A stretch of DNA of 64,000 bases from Nitrosopumilus sp. (lineage in GTDB: Archaea; Thermoproteota; Nitrososphaeria; Nitrososphaerales; Nitrosopumilaceae), in NCBI GenBank assembly GCA_963662625.1, contig OY759726.1:96001-160000 (forward strand), written 5' to 3'. The notes below the pieces were generated by a model, which saw only the letters and a list, made by a program, of their open reading frames with translations, was not told where the DNA came from and ran no database searches. Below, in pieces: positions 57,976-64,000 of this stretch. The translations under genes and the position numbers were made by a program. Positions within the stretch are counted from its first letter, which is position 1. Each line of letters starts with the position of its first letter.

Positions 57976-59762
57976 CCCGTGTCTCCCCCAGCCCCGGCAA
58001 GGCCGTTCAGGAAGTCACTTATTCGCGCGTTGGCGTCGGGAAGATGCACCGGGATTGGAAGGCCGTCTATTCCGGTAGCGCTGTGGCTTATGAGCAGCCA
58101 CTGGCCCACGCCAAACCGCAGCGATTCCTGCAACGTTTCGTCAGATAGCCCGAATGCCTCCTGTATTTTTTCCCTGTCCGATGCCCGCGGGAGCTTGCTC
58201 ACAAAGTACGTGTGCGGCTGCCCGAGTATGTTGGTGTCCAGGTACACTATCCTCTGGGTGGCTATCCCTATGCCCAGGCCGTACTTTCTCCCACGTCTCG
58301 CGAGCTGCTCCCCCATATGCTTTGATTCCTTCATCCCGGGCTGTTTGTCATCCTGCGCGATGAATTGGTCAGCCTCGTCGTAGATGAACGAGACGGGCGG
58401 CGATATGATCCCTCCCTCCCTTCTTGAGCGGAGCATACGCATTCCAAGCGTGTTTGAGAATTCCCTGACCTTCACGTCGTCTGTGTCCTGTATGATGTAA
58501 AGCGAGCTGGTTGAATCCCGGTTGAGATCCATAACCATGTCGCCGCCTGAGATCTTGTATTTTTGATCCACCTTCTCAACGTTTGAGAGCGTCTTCTTGG
58601 TGTCATTCAGCTTCAAAATAACCCTGAGCCTTAGGTTGTCTGCCTTTGCATGCGAACTCTGGGTAAAGTCATGGCTGTCCAGTTTTGTGATCAGGGTCTC
58701 TATGTCACTGACGGTGCATTTCCTACGGCCGCATCCATCCAGTATTGAAATGAGTTCCCGCGAGGCAGCTGATGTGTCTGCTGAGTCGACGATGTCCCGG
58801 AGCAGTTTTGCAATAGTCTGATCGTCTGGAATCAACACTTTGATCTTTCCACCCATCAGCATGCTTTTGACTGGCTTGTGGAACATCTCTCGTTTGCCAG
58901 CAAGCATCTTTGGGAGTACCGTGGTCTTCACTATGTCCATGGCTGCAGTGTCTGCATTGCTCGCAGATGCGTCACCCCAGAAACGATGCACGGAGCTTGG
59001 GACTGCATCGTATGAAAGAAACACGATGTACGCGTCATCGCTGCCGTACAGTACGTCTGCGAGCAGTATGCCGTATTCCCCCATGAGATCGTAGATCACG
59101 GCCTTGACGGAACCGCGGCTTTCAAATATCTTGGACGTGACTGTGCTCAGAAGGTTTGACTTGCCGGCATTGGTGTATGCGAACACCCCAAAGTGCGTCC
59201 GTATCATGCTGTCCCACAGCGCGAGTATCTCGACGTCTTTCATGTTTGCGAGGGTTCCGAGCACTACGGTGCCGTCCTGACCCTGTAGGTCATGGTTTAT
59301 GATCCTACGCGTCCACTCGGAGTTGAGCAGCCTGGCCCGCTCGCCAGGCATGGGGATGTTGGTCTCTGGTGCCATCTCGGGCTCTCTGCCGTCCATGGAG
59401 CGAGGCCTTGTCACCTCAAACCTGCTTGGCACTGCATCGCACACTATCTTGGTTGTGTCCTCGACCGGCTTGTTCTGGTTCCAGTCCTTGGATGCGCTCA
59501 TTGCGGCTTCTTCCACGAATCCCGGATACCCGTCCATGCTTGCCATCATGGCATAGTGTGTGGGCATTACAGACGTTATCCTCATCACGCTGTAGTGGTC
59601 GACGTCTTTGTTGCTTGAAAAGTTCCTCACGGCCACCAGCGACCCTTCCCGGATCGCATTCATGTGGGAACGCACGAAAGGAAACCAGATCGTAAACCCC
59701 ATGCTTGTCTGGCTTGACTTTCTCATGTCCATCAGCGTTCCTGATATTCCATCTTCAAACAA
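57972..59762 (-). CDS. HerA/DUF87 family ATPase
   Basis: Walker A AYTNAGKS, Walker B FIYDEAD, ARRGRKYG..IATQR. Confidence 0.88.
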   Translation of the reverse strand: MFEDGISGTLMDMRKSSQTSMGFTIWFPFVRSHMNAIREGSLVAVRNFSSNKDVDHYSVMRITSVMPTHYAMMASMDGYPGFVEEAAMSASKDWNQNKPVEDTTKIVCDAVPSRFEVTRPRSMDGREPEMAPETNIPMPGERARLLNSEWTRRIINHDLQGQDGTVVLGTLANMKDVEILALWDSMIRTHFGVFAYTNAGKSNLLSTVTSKIFESRGSVKAVIYDLMGEYGILLADVLYGSDDAYIVFLSYDAVPSSVHRFWGDASASNADTAAMDIVKTTVLPKMLAGKREMFHKPVKSMLMGGKIKVLIPDDQTIAKLLRDIVDSADTSAASRELISILDGCGRRKCTVSDIETLITKLDSHDFTQSSHAKADNLRLRVILKLNDTKKTLSNVEKVDQKYKISGGDMVMDLNRDSTSSLYIIQDTDDVKVREFSNTLGMRMLRSRREGGIISPPVSFIYDEADQFIAQDDKQPGMKESKHMGEQLARRGRKYGLGIGIATQRIVYLDTNILGQPHTYFVSKLPRASDREKIQEAFGLSDETLQESLRFGVGQWLLISHSATGIDGLPIPVHLPDANARISDFLNGLAGAGGDTG

Positions 59763-59768
59763 TTGAAA

Positions 59769-61592
59769 CTACCTCCCAAAATTGCGCCTTATTTCCCTTA
59801 ATGTGTTTATCAGCGGCCGCGATCGGAACTTTATCTCGGAGCTATCGAGCAGTTTTCTCACGCTGTCCCTCATGGACTTTGCCCCCTGGTCTGCCTTGTG
59901 GAGGGGGTCGGGATACCCTATCATCTCCGAGAAGTGGTTTTTCGTGAGCGTGTCAAGCAGGAAATAAGTCACCAGTTGTCCCCTGTTTGTAGTCTTGTTT
60001 GACTGGTAGAAGAACGGCCTCATCTCGCCGGTGCTGGCGTCACTGATCTCGATCCGTTCTGACTCCCCGTCCCATTCCGGAAATGCGAGCCTGTCTATGA
60101 ATATGGCGTGGCCGGTAAGCGGGGACTCGGCACTGCGCCTGGTGTAAAACTGCGCTATGGATCTCAGGAACAGGCATTCCGGCCTGGCTATCCCCCCAAA
60201 CGTGCCGCCAAACTCCTCCTTCCCGCCTCGCTCCTCAACGCGCAGTGTCATGAATGTGGAGTCAAACTCTATCGTGCCCCATGGGCTGTTCAGCCCGTCG
60301 TCTATGTACGGAAGCATCTCGCAGAATACGCGGTCTGTAGGGGGCAGCACTCCGAATGTTTTGCCTGACAATTGCCTGTATTTTCCAAAATGCCGGCACA
60401 CGCCAATGTAGTTTTTTGTCAGGTATGCAGATGCCGAGTCTTTTGCTATCCCGGTCAGCAGTATCTTCCTTGACCAGCATTCTTCTATCAGTGCCCGCAG
60501 CCCTACAGCGATGAGGAACCTCACGTCGTCGGGCGACATCCATTTTGCCACTTTCCTGCCCGCGTCAACCGCCTCGTATTTGAGAGCGTTCTCCCTCTTG
60601 TCGAGGAATATGGCCTTGCAGATTCCCTGGAACATGGACTTTGTCTTCTCCCAGCTCTTGTACGGTTCAATCTTTTGGGTTATGTCGCCAGACGGTCCGA
60701 GCTCCACTATTCCGTTCCCCGCCAGCCCCCGAACCACGCGCTCGAGCCTCTCGCGCCTTATTCCTGTTTCGGATGAGATGTCTTCCATGCGGATGGCCCC
60801 TGGTCCTTTCTCGTGCAGGAACCGCATGACTGATGACCTTTCCGTGAATTTCTTCGTGCTTGGGATCCCCAGTTCAGAGTTGAATGGGTGGGCCTGGGCT
60901 ACAATTACGTCCTGCTTGCTAAACACCATGCCATCAGACATCGCGCAACCCACAAGTCGAACCTTGTCTGCGCCAAAGTCAGTGTAGCCCAGCATGCCGC
61001 TCAGGCTGTTGTCTATCAATATTATGTCCGGGCGGTCCAGGTTTGAACTCGTGGCCGAATTGTACGCAAGGAAGATCTCGGCAAGCTGCATCATCGGGAG
61101 GTGCATGCTCGTAAGCTCTATCTTGTCTGACTCGGATACCGCGAACATGTTTGCCTCCCTGCCGTCGTTTACCTCCAGTATCCTGCTGTATGGAATTGGC
61201 ACGAATGCGACCATGCTCACGTCCTTTTCTATCTCCCACCGCCTGTATTCCACAGTCGCCTCCCCGCCAGACAGGGACAGCACCCCCTTTGCGCCATATG
61301 CCCCCCCGTAAAACGAGATGAACTCCCCCGAGCTGTGCTTGTGGCAGCTCCCATCCACCGCAACAAAGTTCAGCTCGCGTTTCCCAAAAAAGCCCTCGGT
61401 CTCGTCTGCCACCATGTTAACAAATTCCCTGTCCGCGAGCCTTCCTCCCATGTTAACTGTCAGGTCCCTGAAAAAATCATTGTAAAACTCCCTTGCGTTT
61501 GATGAGCCAAGCCGCACGGTTTCCTCATATTCGTCCTGGGCCTGATCCAAGCTTCTCTTGTATGACGAATAAATCTCGGAGATCCGCCCCAT
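59769..61592 (-). CDS. NurA-like nuclease with inserted wHTH
   Basis: VAVDGS, ILIDNSL, GIAKDS and GYPDPLHKAD motifs. Confidence 0.82.
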   Translation of the reverse strand: MGRISEIYSSYKRSLDQAQDEYEETVRLGSSNAREFYNDFFRDLTVNMGGRLADREFVNMVADETEGFFGKRELNFVAVDGSCHKHSSGEFISFYGGAYGAKGVLSLSGGEATVEYRRWEIEKDVSMVAFVPIPYSRILEVNDGREANMFAVSESDKIELTSMHLPMMQLAEIFLAYNSATSSNLDRPDIILIDNSLSGMLGYTDFGADKVRLVGCAMSDGMVFSKQDVIVAQAHPFNSELGIPSTKKFTERSSVMRFLHEKGPGAIRMEDISSETGIRRERLERVVRGLAGNGIVELGPSGDITQKIEPYKSWEKTKSMFQGICKAIFLDKRENALKYEAVDAGRKVAKWMSPDDVRFLIAVGLRALIEECWSRKILLTGIAKDSASAYLTKNYIGVCRHFGKYRQLSGKTFGVLPPTDRVFCEMLPYIDDGLNSPWGTIEFDSTFMTLRVEERGGKEEFGGTFGGIARPECLFLRSIAQFYTRRSAESPLTGHAIFIDRLAFPEWDGESERIEISDASTGEMRPFFYQSNKTTNRGQLVTYFLLDTLTKNHFSEMIGYPDPLHKADQGAKSMRDSVRKLLDSSEIKFRSRPLINTLREIRRNFGR

Positions 61593-61623
61593 CGGGGTTA
61601 GTCCGCAGGCCTCGTATTAAAGA

Positions 61624-62613
61624 TCATTCGTCTGAGCGTTCCAAGCATCTTCTCATCCTAGCTCCCAGGATCATGGCGAAGAGGGGTGGCATGGCGTTGC
61701 CTATCTGTTTCATCTTGCTGTATTTGGAACCGGAAAACCCAAACCAGTCTGGAAACCCCTGCAGCCTGGCGGCCTCCCTGACAAAAAGTGTGCGCCTCCT
61801 TCCGTCACGGGTCCGGATCCGGTGCATGTCGCTTGAGTGCCCTCCCAGGTTTCTGCATGTCAGTGTCCGCGCTGGTCTGCCACGATCCAGGTCGCGTGCC
61901 CGGCGACATTGGGATGCCATTTCGTATGCCGATATGTATCGGTCCATCTCGGGCGTCAGGTATGACGGTTCCTCCCTCTCCGCTCTGGGGATGTTTTTCA
62001 GCGCCTCCCCGGCGGTCACCTGTACCCCGAGCCCGGACGGGGGCAGGTATCCACCGTGATGCCCTATTGCAATCACGCGTTCCCGGCTTTGCGGAACCCC
62101 GTAATCAGAGCAGTTTGCGACCGACACGTCCACAGAGTACCCGAGTTTTTCGAGCCTTTTCATCGATGATGTGAAATAGTCCCTGTTTCTGTACAGCATC
62201 CCGCGCACGTTCTCAAAGACCCACATCCTGGGCTTGAGTTGTTTCACGGCCGCTACGAATGAGGGAATTCCATTCCTGTCGTCCATCGGGCCCATCTGCT
62301 TGCCGCGCACGCTGAATGGCTGGCACGGGGGTCCGCCTGCCACTATGTCTGCGTATGGAAAGTCGTACCCCGGAGTGATGGATCCGTTCACGCAGGTTCC
62401 CCTCAGGTTGGAATTATATGTGGCGCAGCAGTCCGGGTTGCTGTCTATTCCGATCACCTTGAAACCTGCCGCCTCCAGTCCCAGGGACAGCCCGCCTGCG
62501 CCGGAATATATGTCAAGCACCGCGTATCTTGGGTTTTTTTTTGGCCTCAGAATTTTATCCAGTTCCGCCGCATAGTTTTTCTTGAGTGCGCACGGGTCGA
62601 TCAAGGTTTGCAA
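61624..62613 (-). CDS. C5-cytosine DNA methyltransferase
   Basis: DIYSGAGG, GGPPCQPFS, ENV, Q.RER, RLQGFP and IGNA motifs. Confidence 0.95.
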   Translation of the reverse strand: MQTLIDPCALKKNYAAELDKILRPKKNPRYAVLDIYSGAGGLSLGLEAAGFKVIGIDSNPDCCATYNSNLRGTCVNGSITPGYDFPYADIVAGGPPCQPFSVRGKQMGPMDDRNGIPSFVAAVKQLKPRMWVFENVRGMLYRNRDYFTSSMKRLEKLGYSVDVSVANCSDYGVPQSRERVIAIGHHGGYLPPSGLGVQVTAGEALKNIPRAEREEPSYLTPEMDRYISAYEMASQCRRARDLDRGRPARTLTCRNLGGHSSDMHRIRTRDGRRRTLFVREAARLQGFPDWFGFSGSKYSKMKQIGNAMPPLFAMILGARMRRCLERSDE

Positions 62614-62911
62614 TACATCTCATCTCAACAAAAAATAATTTATTAGTATTCTTTAAAAGCAGGACAGGGGGAGTCTACGGCACATAATTCCCCGTGGGGC
62701 AGTCTGGCAGATCGGGATCTAAACGCCAACACCAAGCACGCCGGCCCCGCAGAAACTAGCCTTCAAGCACAGGAACCACGGAAGGCACTTTCTTGCAGAT
62801 AGGCACCGGGTGTGACGCCATACTTGTGATTATCCATGTCGTGATGGAGTGGATGGGGCACACACAGCCCATGTGGAAAAAATCAAATAACAATGGAGGA
62901 TAGGTTGGGTA

Positions 62912-63535
62912 TTGGCCACCATCTTTATTTCGCATAGCAGGAAAGATGAGGAGCTAGTGCGCGCAGTGAAAAAAGCATTGGAGAATGTGGGACACACTCC
63001 AGTGATTGAAGAGTTGATTCCAACCGAAGAACAGGAAGCGGTACCATACGAAGAGATTCAAACAAACGTGAAAGAAAGCGAATTTCTTTTTCTGTTTTTG
63101 ACTGATAACGTGGTGGCCACGGAGTTTACGCAGAATTGGGTGTGCCACGAAGCAGGACTGGCAGCGGCGTACTCGAAAAGACTTTTTGTGTTTGAGAGGG
63201 CTGGAACCCCAATAAAATTCCCAATTCCATATCTTACGGATTATGCATTGTTTGACCCAGAGGACCCAGAAGATATATTGGGACTGCAAAACCTTGCCAA
63301 GGATTTGGGGAAACTTAGACGCGATCTCCTGACTGCAGGCGGTGGGGCGGCGTTGGGGGCAACGTTGGGGCCGGTTGGGATGGTGTTGGGGGCAGTGGGG
63401 GGTTATCTGATAGGCCCAAAGCCACCAAAGCCACTTACTGTAAAATGCGATCACTGCAATGTTGGTTTCAATTACTATTCTATAGAAAAAGCATTCAGGT
63501 GCCCGTCTTGTAGAAGAGACATCGTCCTGGGGTGA
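62912..63535 (+). CDS. TIR-domain protein with Gly-zipper segment and Zn ribbon
   Basis: IFISHSRKD...WVCHEAG; GGGAALGATLGPVGMVLGAVGG; CDHC..CPSC. Confidence 0.8.
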   Translation: MATIFISHSRKDEELVRAVKKALENVGHTPVIEELIPTEEQEAVPYEEIQTNVKESEFLFLFLTDNVVATEFTQNWVCHEAGLAAAYSKRLFVFERAGTPIKFPIPYLTDYALFDPEDPEDILGLQNLAKDLGKLRRDLLTAGGGAALGATLGPVGMVLGAVGGYLIGPKPPKPLTVKCDHCNVGFNYYSIEKAFRCPSCRRDIVLG

Positions 63536-63539
63536 CAAT

Positions 63540-63842
63540 GTGGAAACGGTGACCCGGCGTGAATATGCTCATGATGCTGAACTCGTGTTTGCCATACTTC
63601 TACCCATCCTCAGCAAGCTCTATGATATAAAAAATATCCACAAAAAGATCAAATGTGTGGAGGTGTCTTCTGGTGCGTCCTTGTTTTCTTTTGGGGAGAC
63701 GTTTGAGGTTTCTGTCGCTGCGAATGATGGTGGTTCTGTTGTCAGGGTGAGGGCAAAATCAAAAGTCCGCTGGAACGTGACAAGCAACGTGGAAGGAAAA
63801 GCGGAAGAACTTCTTGATTTGCTAGGGAAAAATTTGGGTTAA
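63540..63842 (+). CDS. small hypothetical protein, partner of the TIR gene
   Basis: Starts 4 nt after the TIR stop; same low GC. Confidence 0.6.
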   Translation: METVTRREYAHDAELVFAILLPILSKLYDIKNIHKKIKCVEVSSGASLFSFGETFEVSVAANDGGSVVRVRAKSKVRWNVTSNVEGKAEELLDLLGKNLG

Positions 63843-63862
63843 GCCCTGCCAAGAACGCTGTC

Positions 63863-64000
63863 CTACCCCGCGAGCCTCGACTCTATCGCCCGCTCGAACA
63901 CCCAGAACGGCTGCGCGCCGCTCACGATCTCCCACCCGGCGCCGTCGCTGCCTACCAGGAATCCAGGCGTGCCCGTGATCCCGTATTCTGAGCCGTCGGA
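63863..64000 (-). CDS. DsbA/thioredoxin family protein, C-terminal end
   Basis: GITGTPGF...SGAQPF read manually; GC returns to host level. Confidence 0.8.
   Translation of the reverse strand, partial: SDGSEYGITGTPGFLVGSDGAGWEIVSGAQPFWVFERAIESRLAG

Overview
High-GC archaeal DNA. Gene content (TBP, type II map, cofG/cofH, PAC2, thaumarchaeal-type secreted proteins, a giant FG-GAP/BspA adhesin) points to Nitrosopumilaceae, probably a Cenarchaeum-like symbiont (inference). 1-24 kb is mostly housekeeping plus tRNA-Pro. A 1374-bp block at 4102-5475 recurs almost identically at 24378-25751. About 25.8-54 kb is an accessory, mobile-element-like region with nearly all genes on the minus strand: two repeat arrays around an AbrB-like gene, two mosaic GHKL/rIIA-like ATPases, ArdC-like and JAB proteins, many tiny Zn-finger ORFs, two SNase-like genes, and six genes sharing a constant ~80-aa N-terminus fused to different C-termini. 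No integrase or conjugation gene is visible. The main unannotated signal is RNA. Two textbook type I hammerhead ribozymes are predicted to cut 1 and 2 nt before AUG codons. Three more hammerhead-like motifs carry two hairpins inserted in the core. There are also two tandem box C/D sRNAs and a 4-copy unknown structured motif. 55.5-63.8 kb is a lower-GC defence island (C5-MTase, NurA, HerA, N6-MTase, BsuBI/PstI-type REase, then a TIR gene pair). All structures and alignments were read by eye; no search or folding program was run.
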